Shown here piece by piece: positions 15,530-32,900 of a stretch of 64,000 bases of DNA. The stretch lies in NCBI RefSeq assembly GCF_009914755.1, contig NC_060934.1. The stretch is one strand, 5' to 3'. The DNA comes from the human T2T-CHM13v2.0 reference genome, Homo sapiens. The notes beneath the pieces were generated by a model. That model did no database searches and had not been told where the DNA came from. It saw nothing but the letters and a program-made list of their open reading frames with translations. The first letter of the stretch is position 1, and each line of letters opens with the position of its first letter. The translations under genes and the position numbers were made by a program.

Positions 15530-15735
15530 GCCAGCTCCACCAGCCACCGTCTGCTGACTATACGGCTTTGGGGAAAGCATCTGATCATCTTAAGCGCTAG
15601 TTTCCTCCTTGATAAAATGAGAATCACCGTGGCACCTACTGTGTGGGGCGGCTATGCGGATTAAATGAGATGATATGTGGAGGGCACTTACCCCGGCGTC
15701 TGGCACATGGCAAGAGTGCAGTCCATTGCTAACCA
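15530..15735 (+). mobile_element. MIR
   Basis: agtttcctccttgataaaatgagaat...ggattaaatgagatgata...gtctggcacatggcaagagtgc. Confidence 0.8.
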
Positions 15736-15736
15736 T

Positions 15737-16082
<346 letters not shown>

Positions 16083-16700
16083 TAAAGCTCTTCTTAGAGC
16101 CCTGCACTCCTGTGGGCAGTGAGGGGGATACAAAAGGTTAAACCACATCCCTACCTTCAGTGAGCTAGGACTATCCCCAGGAAACAGTTAAACAGTTAAG
16201 CAGTGGGTGATTCAATGCAAAAGCAACCGGAGGCAGCACAACTATTTATAATAGCAATGAGCTGGAAGCAACCCCAGTGCCCAGCAATCCTGTAATGACT
16301 AAGCAAACCCCAAGACGTTTGCACGGCAGACCACTGCAGAGCCAGTTGAAAACAGGCATGGAGCTGATGTCCATACATGGAAATGTGCCTCAGAAATAAA
16401 GGTTTCTAGAAGGAGATCACATAACAACACGTGCACACGATTTCCCAAGATGTGGAAATACATGTAAAGCCTCCCAGAGAGGTCAAAAAAGAACCTGGAG
16501 GGATGGAAGGACTTTAAAGTTGGATGCTCATCTGGTGATTGATTTATTTTTCTCCCTGAAAGGTTACCTAAGCACCTAGTATTTTAAAAAGATAATGGTG
16601 CAACTAGAAAGTGTTAGGGTTCAGAGAAGAGAGGGAGGTATGGGGTATCCGAGTGCTGAAGAAGGCTTTGCAAAGGTGCCGGTGTCTAAGCAAATATTGA

Positions 16701-17001
<301 letters not shown>

Positions 17002-17629
17002 CATTTGTGGATTTGAATAAAAGGGACAGAGTTGTCCCAGTGGGACAGTTTGTGTTCCTCCCCTTCACCAGTCTTTTTTGCTGAAGAAATGAGTTAGGTG
17101 CTATTAAAGGCAGCATGAGAAGCAGATGCAGGAAAGAACTGGGCAGCCCATCCTTCTCCTTAGGGCCGAAGGGAGTTGAGGTTAAGTGTTTGTATGTTGG
17201 ACAGTCGGGCTTGTCTACACCAGCTGGCGGACTTCCTACCAGGCTCTCACCTGGAGGCCTTTCCAGCTATCCTGATTGGCCGTGTCTTTGGGAGAACAGA
17301 GGCCCATGTGGTGCTCTCCCGGCTGGAAATTTTGCATCCTTGAAGACCTGTAAGTCTCCACACAGGGTCCCATAGACACCAGGAGGTGAACTAGTGAATC
17401 AGAGGAAGTCCCCTGCATCTTGTCTGACCGGTGAAGGCTGCCGACTGTGCCTCAGATCGCCCACACCATGAACGAAATCTCATGGGGATTTCTAGGCTAT
17501 TGTCTCCCTGGTTTAGTTTATGGGGTAAGTCAACCACTGCTGTGTGGGTCTGGCCGGCCTCCAGCGATCATCAGGTCTTGCGTCTGGTTTCTGTCCCCAT
17601 CACATGAATATGGATGCACCAAGAAAGGA

Positions 17630-17840
17630 CACAGACATTGGATCCCAACAGACAGACATGGGTTTGAATCCTGACTCTGCCTCTTGACGTCTCTGTGACC
17701 TTGAGCAGGTTTTCTAACCTCTAGGGGCTCCAGTAACTCACCTACAACCTGGGGGATCCCATGCCTTCCTACAGGGCTTCAGGATTAGCAAGTGAGTGTG
17801 CCAATGTTTGGCTCCAAGCAGACACTCAATGAATGGTGAG
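17630..17840 (+). mobile_element. MIR
   Basis: agacagacatgggtttgaatcctgactctgcc...tgtgaccttgagcaggt...agacactcaatgaatgg. Confidence 0.8.
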
Positions 17841-18217
17841 AAGCGCCCTTATTCTTGGAATGGAAGCATTCCTACTTCTGTTAGACAGCCGTTGGCCACA
17901 GATATAACCATGTGGCATGCATGTGGCCCCTGCCTACTCCACACACTCTCACTAGGCAAGTCCTGAGCCATCCAGATTCAGAACTTTCTGACCAGCCAAC
18001 GGCTTTGGACAGAGTCTGTGGAAGGTAAGACCCTCTACAGGGACAGGATCAGCTACTGCAGGCAAGCATGCTGGCCAGAAGCTGCTGCTTCCTAGGGGAC
18101 GAGAGAGCTACTGCTGAATTTGGCTGCAAATCGCTGCTAGGATTCCCATGGGTGCACCTGCTACCCAGGGAGCACCTCCAGAGTGGACCAGCCACCTGTG
18201 CCATAATGAGAAGCATA

Positions 18218-19038
<821 letters not shown>

Positions 19039-19170
19039 CTAGATTGTTTCAGGATGGGGGCTAGTCACAGAAAGACCAAATGTTGCTTAGAAACCTGGAA
19101 CTTTCAGCCCCGCCCTCCAAGCTCTGGGGAGAGGTGAGGAGCTGGAGATTGAGTTAATAACCCATCTTGC

Positions 19171-19502
<332 letters not shown>

Positions 19503-19800
19503 CTAAATGATGGAGTTCAGAGAGCCTCTGGGTTGGTGAACACATTCTTGTGCCAGGAGGCTCTTGCACCCCAACTCCGCAGGAACAGAAGCTGCTTTGC
19601 TCAGGACCCTTAAGGACCTCATCCTATGTACCCTCCATCCACCATCATGGGAACCCTCAATTTATAGCCAGTCGTTCAGAAGTACTAGAAGCCCAGGACG
19701 TGCAACCCCATCAGGAGCAAGTGCAGTTTTGTGGGACTGAGCCCTAAAACCTGTGGGGTCTGTGCTCACTCCAGATGGTTAGTGTCAGGATTGGATTAAA

Positions 19801-20300
19801 TTTTTTTGAAGTTTTAAGTTCAGGGGTACGTGTGCAGGATGTGCAGGTTTGTTACATGGGTAAATTTGTGTTATGGGGATTGGTTGTACAGATTATTTTA
19901 TCACCCAGGCATTAAGCCTAGTATCCATTAGTTATTTTTCCTGTTTCTCTCCCTCCTCCCATCCTCCACCCTCCAATAGGCCCCACTGCATGCTCTTCCC
20001 TTTTATATGTCCGTGTGTTCTCATCATTAGCTCCCAATTATAAGTGAGAACATGCAGTATTTGGTTTTCTGTTCCTGTATTAGTTTACCACATGCACAAA
20101 TATGTTCATTGCAGTGCTATTCACAATAGCAAAGACATGGAATCAACCCAAATGCCCATCAATGGTAGACTGGATAAAGAAAATGTGGTACATATACACC
20201 ATGGAATACTATGCAGCCATAAAAAAGAATGAGATCATGCACTTTGCAGGGACATGTGTGGAGCTGGAGGCCATCATCCTTAGCAAACTAACGCAGGAAC
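19801..20300 (-). mobile_element. 5'-truncated L1PA (PA13-15-like) with 5' inversion
   Basis: 19801-20086 antisense L1 3' UTR; ~20089-20300 sense ORF2 C-terminus (MFIAVLFTIAKTWNQPKCPS...WIKKMWYIYTMEYYAAIKKNE); TSD-like ttaaatttt at both ends. Confidence 0.9.
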
Positions 20301-20760
20301 TGAGTTAAATTTTTGAACACTCAGTTGGTGTTTAGAGAATCAGATAATTGGTTATTAGTGTTGGAAAATACCCCACCATCTAAACTTCAAAGTGACCAGG
20401 AAGTCACTCCCAGGGAGTGAGGGAAACATCTGTGATATTTCCTTTAATCTATTCTTTTCCTTCCTCAACACAATCTCATTAATGAATGGCCTCAGGCAGG
20501 GGCAAAAAGTGATCAGGGACATGTCCGAGAACCTTCCTTTGGAGCTATATAGGTCTTCACCTCGTATTAGGAAAGGCCAGGCTATCTTTCCCAACAAGTC
20601 AAGCCATTGAGGTCATGTCAGAGGGTCTTAATGAGTCAGAATGCTTGTAAACATTAAAAAAAAATTTAAATCCCTAATTCATCAGTATTGCTAGATCTTT
20701 GAAAGGTCCTAGACTGTCAACAGGTGATGCTATTATTTCAGGTTTCCAAAGGACATATGA

Positions 20761-21101
20761 CAGTCAGCCTTCAGTATCTGCAGATTCCACATCTGTGGCT
20801 ACAATCAACCATGGTTTGAAAATATTCTGGGAAAAAAATGGATGTTTGTGTCATACTGAACATGCACAGGCTTCTTTTTTCTTGTCATTATTCCCTAAAC
20901 CATATAGTATAGCAACTATCTACAAAGCACTTACATTGTATGAGGTATCATAAGTAATCTAGAGATGATTTAAAGTATACAGAGCATGTGGACAGGTTGT
21001 GTGCAAATAGGACACCATTTTATCAGAGACGTGAGCATTTAAGGAATTTGGTACCTGCGGGGGTCCTGGAACCAGCCCCCATGGATACGGAGGGACAATT
21101 A
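20761..21101 (-). mobile_element. MER2 (TcMar-Tigger MITE)
   Basis: cagtcagccttcagtatctg...taagtaatctagagatgatttaaagtatac...gtcctggaaccagcccccatggatacggagggac. Confidence 0.88.
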
Positions 21102-21519
21102 TACTTTTAATCTTATTTTGCGCACAATCTTTAAGGAGTTTTAGTTCTTGTTCTCCTCCTGCCCGTGATACTTGAGCCTCCCTTGCTGCTTGTCACACTG
21201 GACAGCCACCCCATCATCTAGCAGAACCATCCAGAAAAGGAAAACAGGACAGAAAATCAAGGTTCACAGAGACCTGCAAGTCCACCATGGCCATATCTTC
21301 TCTTGTCTCCGCCCTGTTCCTGCCCCTCCCTCCACCAAGGTAATTCCCTATTTGACTTCTCCTTAAATGGTCTCAAAGACAAGTGAAGCCCAACTTGTCC
21401 AATGGTGGACTTATGATTTCTTCCCAGCCCTCCCGGCCAGCTCCATGTGATTGATCCCTTCTGAGGTCCCAGTGGCATGCATGGCATCAACCTCCATTCT
21501 GGAAGTTGCCCAACAAGAA

Positions 21520-22278
21520 AACTGAAAATCATCCTTATCATTTCCTTTATTCTCATCACTCAAACCAATGCATCTCCAAGCACCAATCATTTTACCTCCT
21601 CAAGATCTCATAAGTCTACCCATAGTTCACTGCCTGGTCCACTGCCACCCCCTTAGTCCAGGCTGTGTTCATCTCTTGCTCTGAAAAGGGTGGAAGATTT
21701 CCCTTTGGATCTAGTCAGATTCTCTTCTAATCTAATCCCCATACTGCATCTATGATCATCTTTCCAAAATGCATATCTGGTCCTAGCACCTCTGTTTAAA
21801 GGCCCCCAGGGGCTCCCCATTGCTCTTTTAAAAACTCCAATTCCGTAAGAAGCCCATAAGGCCCTTATTCAAATGCCCCTGGTTCTCTGTGTTCAACCAC
21901 ACTGGCTCCTTTCAGTTCCTCCCACGCCCTGGCAGCCCTTGCACACAGGCCATCGCACAGGCTCTGTCTTCCATCTAGAATGATCAAATGCCACCACAAC
22001 TCCCCTTCGTCTAGCCAGCCCCTGCTTTGCCTTGAGATCTCACTCAAACATCACTTAGTGAAAAACCATCTCTGACTGCTCAGTCTGGGCAGTTCCTTTA
22101 AGACAAACTCCCCTCTAACTTATTCTTTTCTTTCCTCAGAGCATGCATCCCTGTTTGCAATGACATATTATTAATGTGATTGCTTGACTCATTTCTGTGC
22201 TCATTGTTGAGCTCCAGTGCCTAACACAGTGTGTCCTTAACAAATCCTGACTGATGAATGAATGAATAAATGAGTGAG
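21520..22278 (+). mobile_element. L2 3' region
   Basis: ccactgccacccccttagtccaggc; tctttccaaaatgcatatctg; ggctccccattgctct; ends gatgaatgaatgaataaatgagtgag. Confidence 0.85.
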
Positions 22279-22962
22279 TTAAAATATTGGGTCCTTGATT
22301 CCTCTTCTGATATTCTAAGATTTATGGGATCCCAAAATTGGTCAAAGCCACACGTTCCAAATATCCACAGATATATGTTGTCGGAAGCACGGAGTATTTC
22401 AAAGCTACAGGTCACCAACAGGAAAGCCATCACGCAAATGTGTGACACTCAGTCATTCTCAGGCACTTGGAGGAGAGGTCACAGATTGGGAGAGGATTCG
22501 GGCCTGAAGGCTTTTTGAGCTAATCCAATTCAATTTGGATATCACACCTGTCATTTCAGCATGGCTCCCACATGGCTTTGAAAGAGTGGTAGGGGCATTT
22601 GGGGTTATCACAGGATCAGAAAGCGTCCTACTGTCATAGGATCAGAAAGGGTCCTACTGTATTCACTAGGAGGGCCAGGGAACCTAAAAGGGCTTCAGTG
22701 TTGGGGCAATCCCATGCAACAATCCCATGCTCTAATGCTAGTTGCACTTTGGTGAGAAATACCAAGAGGAGTTTGGGTGGGGAAGGAGTAACACAATTAC
22801 TTGTCCCCCTAAGCAACACTCACGATTCTAAGGTATTGAGCATGCTACAGCATGAAATAAGGAAACAGCTGTTTATGAAGGTACAGGGAACAAGGCAGTG
22901 GTCCCACAGCTGCCCCATTCTGGGATTCCCAGTCTGGTGCCAAAGCAAAACCCACACAGTCT

Positions 22963-23119
22963 GGACTATGGCCAGCACACATGCATGCACACAGATAGAC
23001 TGTGGTTGGCATGTGCACACACACTTGGATGGGCATGGCTGGCACACACACACAAGTGATGCCTGTGGCTGGCACCCATGCATACAGGCACACACACAGG
23101 TGGATGGGTGTGGCTGACA
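22963..23119. repeat. Degenerate minisatellite (~5 units of 28-45 bp)
   Basis: Recurring tggctggca-type anchor followed by CA-rich spacers. Confidence 0.6.
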
Positions 23120-23779
23120 AAGGAGATGGTGTTAATGGAACCTCCTTGATGAGGACGACCTCTACCATCCTTGCCGTGGCTTCTTTCCGGATAGACCTGG
23201 GGGTGTAGGGCTGGGTCTCATGGAGCCTCCAACCAGGGTGGATGTAGATCACCAACTCCAGCTCCAAGGCCAGGTTCCTTTCTTCTTGTATGTTGTTGTT
23301 GTTTTTAAGCACAAGACCCATTCTAGGCAGCAGAGGCCCAGTTAGGATTTGCTTCACCACTTTATCTTGCATGGATAGAGATTTAATTAATCCTACCAGG
23401 ATTCAGAGCTATTTTATGGGATATCCAAGTCTACTATTTCTCTCCAATTTATGATGAACTCTAAACCAAAACATATCCAGTACACTTCTTACATCTTCTT
23501 TCCAAGATGTGATCATCATAAATGATGCTCTTTAGAAAATTCCCTGGGCTCAGCTGACCCTGGTTTTCCTTCGCTGTATTTCCCCAAGATCATCTGATCA
23601 TAAATAGAACTGCTAAGAAGTTCCCCTCCCATCCCCTTGTGACTGCAGAACCTTACAGCATGATATAATATAATATAATATGATATAATAGTCCAATATC
23701 CTGTATAAATTCTTCTAGTCTTTATAAGAATTCTGCTAACTTCCCTGGCTGAGGTTCTTCAACAATCCCATTGTTTCTT

Positions 23780-24187
23780 TCTCTCTGATAACAAACATAA
23801 TGTATGTTTATGGTAGAATATTAGGAAAAGCACAGAGGAGAAAAATTAAAGATCAGGCCCTCTCTGAACATGCAGAGATAGTCACTGTAAATATTTTGGT
23901 GATTCTTTTCCTCCAAGCATACACAGTGTATCCTTCTCTTGTAAAATTGAGATCACATGATACAATGTTTTTTAAGTGACTTTTTGCATTAAGCAATGGA
24001 TCCAAAACACATTCCACAACATGATTTGTGGGACTGTGTATTGTCACATTTCATGGATGTCTCAATACTTACTTAACCAGTCCCCTTATGCTGGACATGT
24101 GTTTTCTGTACAAATTTTGACAGTGCAAGTGGTGCTGTACTCAGCAACTCTCCACTAACTTTTTTCCTTAAAACAAATCCTAGAAGG
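23780..24187 (-). mobile_element. Old L1ME-type 3' remnant
   Basis: gtcactgtaaatattttggtgattc; tacttaaccagtccccttatgctggacat; aaatcctagaag. Confidence 0.6.
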
Positions 24188-24188
24188 A

Positions 24189-24536
<348 letters not shown>

Positions 24537-24555
24537 CTAGAAGGGAAATGGCTGA

Positions 24556-25350
<795 letters not shown>

Positions 25351-25675
25351 ACACAGGTTTTGATACTTACTGCCAAATTGTTTTTCCCATGTCTCATAAC
25401 AGAATGTACTTTTACAAGCAGCCTGTACAAGTGTCCATTTCACCAGACACTTGTCATCAGTGAGTGGTGGTTTCTTTTCTCTTGTCTCTAATTTTAAATG
25501 CAATAGTACACGTTCAATATAGTGAAATCCATCTTCAGACTGCATCGCCGTCCTGAGCAGCCCACAGATGCACAAAAGACAGCACTTCTGAATAACCACA
25601 GAAATAAATAGACGTATTTCAAGGCAAATGGAGTGCTGAAATAGGTTTTGTCAACCAAATGACAGAGCAAAACTA

Positions 25676-26277
<602 letters not shown>

Positions 26278-26571
26278 ACAAAACTATTTTTGTTCACACA
26301 TTACAGATGACAGTGCGAAGCGTGGTCCTACCCCTATGTTTAAAATAACCTATTAGTGAGCAACAATGTCCCCAGCACTTATCACTCTTTCCACTCTGTT
26401 TCTGGTGGCATAGGCTTCACACTGCACAGGGTCACATTTTCAAATCTTATTCCAAGGTTTGTTCTCCCACCGTCTTATATCTCCTAGTTCTCACTTAAGG
26501 TCCTGCCGACTTATAGCTTTCTATGTCTTCCCTAAGCTGGGGAAAAAGGCAGGGTGGTAATGAAAGTTCTT

Positions 26572-26925
<354 letters not shown>

Positions 26926-28424
26926 TCAGAGCGAAGGGTGCGTCTGCTGTGTGTCTGCTGCCTCCCTAACACTGACTCAGGGGTTGGGGACCAGACACGG
27001 CATTTGGATGCAGGAAAATGCCGGTGACTCATCCTCCTCTCGAAGGCTGGGCCAGATCACAGCACACTCTTGAGGTGAAGGTACTACCTCATTTGAAATT
27101 CACCAAAAACTCCCAGCGTCTCAAACAGTTCCTTCCGTCTGAAAAGTTGTATAAGATTTGTCACAGTTGGCCATCGCAAGTTCCAGCTCTAGAATTTAAT
27201 CATCATATTGAACAACTAATTTCTAAATTGGTCTGTGATCAAGACCGCTTTGTAGGACTATTAATTGCTTGAAGTTTGCAGCCAGAAAATATGCGACAGC
27301 CTAGATTTTATGGCTCGTTCTAGATAATAGTGACATATGACTGAGAAATGCATCTGCTTCCCAACTCCATAAATTGGATGTTGTTTATAATAATGTAGCT
27401 AGAGCAGTAACACTTTATCTTAAGAGCTGCTGTCCCCACGGAAAGTCATTATTCAGTGTACACTTGATAAATTGGTCATCATTCACAGGCAGAAGAGAAA
27501 TTGATGTGTCCTGTTTTATTTACAGAGGAACAGGCAATATGTTATCTGCTTATTGGACTGATGTTTTTCCTACCAGAAGGATTATGTTGCCTCCTGCGTG
27601 TCACTCAGAGAATTTTGTCAATGTCATCAGTCTTAAAAGCTTTATTGCCCGGAGCATAGGAAAAACCCTTTCTAGTCCCAGAATGATTTTCAGAGGAAGA
27701 CCTTGGAAGGAGATTCTCTTTAGATACAATTTAATTTCTTACTTCCCAAATGGAAAAACAAAGAGGAAATGATAAATGACCAAGATAAGCTTTGTTCCCA
27801 ACACTGGCCATGTCATGACAGGCAAGGCCTGATTTCACTCCCCACCCCCTTCAATACAGAAAGACAACAGTTAACCGTGGTTCAGTAGATGCTGTGCTGC
27901 TGATCGAGGCTGGGCCTTCCAGCCCCATGGACAAGCATCCTGACAGTGAACTTAGCAAGCTCTCCCTGGAAATTAAAATCTAGCTGAAAGGAGAGCATGA
28001 CATCACTGCAGGAGACAGAGCCGTGTCATGAATCTCCCACTCTGGAGGCTCTGGGCCCACCCCTGGGGTATAAGCACTGTGGCCTGTGTACTCTGCTGCA
28101 GCTGGAACCAGAAGGAAAGCATCCCGGGACCCTGGTTTCACTGATTCTCTTCAACAGCTACATGAACTTGTGCACAGTGTGCTGGCAAAGTGCACAGGAG
28201 CTAAGCATCCTTTGAGAATGGCAGTCAGGCAGGACCTAGGCTCTAAGTCACCCTTCTCACAAGGTCTCAGGCTCCTCTGAGGCTATGGAGACTTATCCTA
28301 ACATCTAGTACTTTCCAAGCACTAGATTCTCATGATGTGGCTCTCAGGTCACACAGCAGCCTCACAGTTTTCAGCCTCTCTTAACTCAATATAGTAATTC
28401 CCTACTCCCACCCTCCCCTGTGCC

Positions 28425-28710
28425 TTTTAAAAGACAGGGTCTCACTCTTTTGCCCAGGCTAGAATGAAATGTTGCGATTACAGCTCACTGCAACCTCGAA
28501 CTCTTGGACTCAAGTGATCCTCCCATCTCAGCCTCCCAAGTAGCTAGGACTATAGGTGCTCACCATGCCCATCTAATTTTTAAAATTATTTGTAGAGATG
28601 ACATCTTGCTTTGTTGCCCAGGCTGTTCTTGAACTCCAGGCCTCAAGTGATCCATCCACCTCTGCCTCCCAAAGTGCTGGGATTACAGACATGAGCCACC
28701 GTGCCTGGCT
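28425..28710 (-). mobile_element. AluJ
   Basis: Dimeric Alu with eroded tail. Confidence 0.92.
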
Positions 28711-28889
28711 GTAATTCACATTTAATTAATCTCCAGGCATTCGCTGAATCTCCAAGGCACGTATGACATCATGCTATCAGGACGGGGTCACAGATGTGCA
28801 ACTGCAACCACACGTGTACAGCATTCCAACGTTTTCCAATGCTTTTCCATGCACTGTCTTGAGATGATGCAACCATTGATCACAGTGGG

Positions 28890-29060
28890 AACTAAGAAAC
28901 TCCTGCTCCACCACTGCCTGAGTGTGTGCCCTTGAGCTGCCTCTGTGTGGCTTGACGCCCGTCTTCTCTGTAGAAAAGCAGGGCCTATGCTGGTGCCAAT
29001 GCAGTTGGGCTTCTCTGAGGATCAAATGAGATCACCCACAATGAGCCTTCATTCGGTGTT
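28890..29060 (+). mobile_element. MIR
   Basis: tcctgctccaccactgcctgagtgtgtgcccttgagc...tgaggatcaaatgagat. Confidence 0.55.
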
Positions 29061-29269
29061 CCGGCCATCATCCCACTAACCCTACTCCACAAATGAAGAA
29101 ATACTGTTACAGGGGTGTCAAGAGCAAGAAGTCTAATATAAATAGCTTCAGTGGATATAGCATTTTCAGTGTTTTCAGTTTTCCTCTGCTTTCACACATT
29201 TTTTTCTCAGTTTATTTTTTCATACCCTTCTTCTTTTTACAGGTGAGGAGATCAGCAGATAATGTAGGG

Positions 29270-29463
29270 CAGGGTTCTCACCATTGACATTTGGGGCTGA
29301 AAAATCTTTCTGTTATAGGGAGCTGTCCTATGCATTGCAGGACGTTTTACAGCATCCCTGGCCTCCAAGGCCAGTAGCGCCATCCCGGTTGTGACAACCA
29401 GAAAAGTCTCTGGTCTCTATAGTCTTCTAGGGGAACAAATTGCCCCCAAGCTGAGAATCACTG
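29270..29463 (-). mobile_element. MER20 (hAT-Charlie)
   Basis: ttgacatttggggctg...ctgtcctatgcattgcaggacgttt...cagcatccctggcctc...gttgtgacaacca...tgagaatcactg. Confidence 0.85.
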
Positions 29464-29619
29464 GGCGGGGGTGATTTGTTCAACAGCTAATGAGGAGCAG
29501 GGAGGCCACGGCTGGACCCCCAGAGCCCCAGAGCCCCCACCTGCAGATGGCTCACCCCCTATCACCACTGTACCTCCCTCTCCTCAAAGGAGTTGTTACA
29601 GAGTTGCAGAGGCAAAAAT

Positions 29620-29990
29620 ACTAGCAAGTTCTATTTGATACATAAATGCTGTAGGAGTTCAGAAAAGGGGGCATTTGTGATGAAATTCAGGCTAGACAAG
29701 ATGGTTGAATGAAGGAGATGGAATGTGGCCCGGATCCTGCAGGCTGAAGGGGAGATACAACAGAGGGAAGACCATGTAAGGTGTTGCAGCTGAAGGAACA
29801 ATGTGCAATGAAGATGGACAGAGGGGCGCGATGAGGACAGAGGGGTCTGCTGTGGAAGAGGGGAAATGAAGCTGGATGGGCGTGGGGACAGGGGACTCAG
29901 AACTTGGGGAGCCGTCAGAGGAGCCTGAATCTTATGCAAGACAAAGTCAGGCTCTGAAGGCTCAGCAGGGCTGGTCCTCACAGGGTCCTG
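29620..29990 (-). mobile_element. L2 fragment
   Basis: ataaatgctgtaggagttcagaaaagggg...ggagccgtcagaggagcctgaatcttatgc. Confidence 0.55.
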
Positions 29991-32900
29991 GGGGTGTGGG
30001 GGTGTTGGAGACCTGCCTGGTAGATGTGCAGGAATCCTGGTGTGAGAAATTCATCTAGAACAATACAGTTCTCCTGTGACCTGAAGAAGGTGCCTTCTCT
30101 GCTTTCCACCAGTACTTCTGGTGGGACAACAAACTAAGTCACCAAGGAAAGGTGCTATGTATGCAAAGCTTGGTGGCAATTAAGGGCTCAGTGAGGCAGT
30201 TGCATGCAAAGCCCTGCCCCAGGTCCATCTCTGAGTCCAGCTCTGCTCAGAAGCTGTGGCCAATGACTTCTCCTTAAGCCTGGCCAAGTATCACAGAAGC
30301 CATTGTTCTTTTCCCACAAGCCCTCCAAAGACAACAAGCAAATGAGTCCTGGATTCGGCTTCTTCTGGGTTCTGAGAATGAGAGTGCAGAGGTGTTTGCT
30401 GTAACCACTATTTGGGGAGTCAGGACTTCCTGAGGCAGGCAGCAAATACCCACAGCTTTTACACTCCTACTCCTCAGGAAATCCAGCCTGAGAGAAAACT
30501 GAAAAAACCCTCGCCGTGTGCAGGTCATTGGTCTATTTTTATTCTACATGTCGTTGCTTGGTGCACATGTGTCGGTCCCATTGTTCACCTGTGAGAATTT
30601 CAACCCAACGTGTGTTTGGGAAGATGTTCTCAGCATTTCCAGTGTGGACATGCCAGTGAGTTGCTGGCAGAGTTCAGAAAGTAATAAGCCATCTGTGTGT
30701 GAGGTCCCAGATTGGACAACTTTTGAGAGAAACTGGTGATTCTGCCAGTGCGCTGTAAGACAGAAGCATGTCCTTTTTGTTTTTGCAATATTTCAGTAGA
30801 CTAGATCTTTCTCCCACGTGGCCGCAAACCATTGGCTGAGTTGTGAACACATTTTTCCAGAAGTATTTACAGTTGCTGGGTACCAGGCTCCATGCTCAAG
30901 GCACCATCTCCGGAAGAGCCCTGAGCAAAAGAAACAAGCAGAGAAAATCGACCTAAAAGGACAAAGCACATTCACAGATCTTGGGAAGTTGTGCCCCATG
31001 CAAAGCAGAGGCGAGCGGCTCCTCTTTGCTGAGGATGCCTCCAAACCACCGGTGCACAGAAGTGGCTCGCAGACCCAGGCTGCTCAAATTTTGGTAGCTC
31101 AGCTTAGGAAAGCAAGTGTTAGGAAGTGAAGTAGGACCAGCTGGACGAATTCTCTGAATTTATTTTCCATCATCAGTTATTTCGGAGTGCCAAGAAAAAA
31201 ATGTGCATTAAAACCTCTGAGATTACATCTCCTATAGGTACATATGGCCCAATGGGCACGCACTTCCTGCATGCCATAGAGACAGGCCACCAGCAGAGGA
31301 GGCCGCAGGCTCGGACAGAGAGCTGGGGCTGTGCGAGGGGAAAGAAATGCCTGTTTGTGTCAAGCTGGGCCAGAGCTCGCTGGAGGATGCAGTTGATCAG
31401 AAAACTATTTGGCTTGGACCCCACTTGACGAATTGACAGAGCCTTATGTCCACAATGAAGTCACATCCAACAAAAAGTGCCTTGGCAATTAACAGAGATT
31501 ACAAAACCAGAGGAAGAAAACTGCAGGGCGGGAAGGGGGAGCAGGTACCAGGAAGCTCTGCTTTCTGGGAGACAGTGCCAAGGCCCATGGAGCTTGTGTC
31601 GGCTTTTAAAAGCCCCTTCCTAGGTCTTTTCTTCGTTTCAGGCTGCCCCTTGGTCATTCTGCAGATGAAATTGTAGACTGAGGAAGGCGCAGTGAGCCTG
31701 TGGGCTGGCAGTCCCTCTGACTTCCCTCAGCGAGCTGTTGGCTCCAAGAAGGAGTCAGGAGCTGGACCCATTTGTTGCCCAGAAGGGGGACTGTGGAGGC
31801 CAGGCTGAGATCTTCTCCAGGCAGCAGAGCCTTCCCAAGGCTGAGGACCCATGAGATGTGACAGCTCACGAAAATTAAATGTGACTGCAGCACAGTGCCG
31901 GCATTATCTGGCCCCAGCGGGCAGCCGGCGGCTTCTACTGCCCTTGGGTCTAGTGGCAGCGCCAGAGGGACAGCAGGACTGGAATATGCTCTGACAGACG
32001 CCCATTTAGGAAGGTGCCTGCCCATCCGCTTATCAAACAGCAAGCAGCCCCTTATCACTCCAAACACAGCTCAAATGAGGCCCTGCCTCTTAGCCTGCAG
32101 GCAGCCTCAGAGATTGATTGGACGCTTGCTAGGAAGAGAGCCTGGCTTCTGCTAAGGAAAAAATGGGTGATTCCTTGGTACAGACTAGGGCTTTTTATTT
32201 CCTCCTCCCAGAACAGGTTGGGTGGCTGCGCCTTCCTCTGTGGGACTGGGCGGCGTGGGCAGAGCTGTCCCTGATGGGCAGGCTCAATGCCAATTACAGA
32301 CCACACAGAGTGGCACAGTGGTCATCACCCCTCTACCTGTTCAGCCAGACCCTGCCCACCCCAGCCAGGCCAGAGAGAAGCCAAGGCCCTGGCTGCCTGC
32401 ATCCACAGCGTTCCCTGGTCTGGCTTTGTTGGGAAGCCCTGGAGCCACCACGGAGCACAAAGCACCTGCAGTCACCCAGCCCACCTCCCACCTCCCGCTC
32501 ACTGCAGGATGGGGCTAGACTCGCTGCAGGCTGAGCCCTTTTTTGCAGAAGCAATGTGATGGAGAGAATAATCATTTTTTCACCAGTCATAAAAATGATC
32601 CGTGGCCCAGGAGAAATCAGAGCGGGCCTGGTAAGCATCTAGCAGTGGCTTAATCAGAAATTCAATATTCTCTACCTTTCCTTTGTATTCACGATCAGAG
32701 CAGCTCTCCTAACAGTGCCGATGTCAAGTTCACGGGCTTTACCTGCAGCCGTGTGCTAAGCCTGGTGATGAGGGTGCGGGCCCCGGTGTCTGATTTATCG
32801 ACATTTGGGTGTCGATGCTGTGGCCGGCCTTCCATCTTCTGGGGAGTCTCCTCTGCTGTCTCGTGTCCCCACAGAGAGATGGAGTCCATCCCTGCAGGCC

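Noticed and set aside
20102-20308. ORF with real protein similarity
   Set aside because: L1 ORF2 C-terminus within a truncated, inverted L1.
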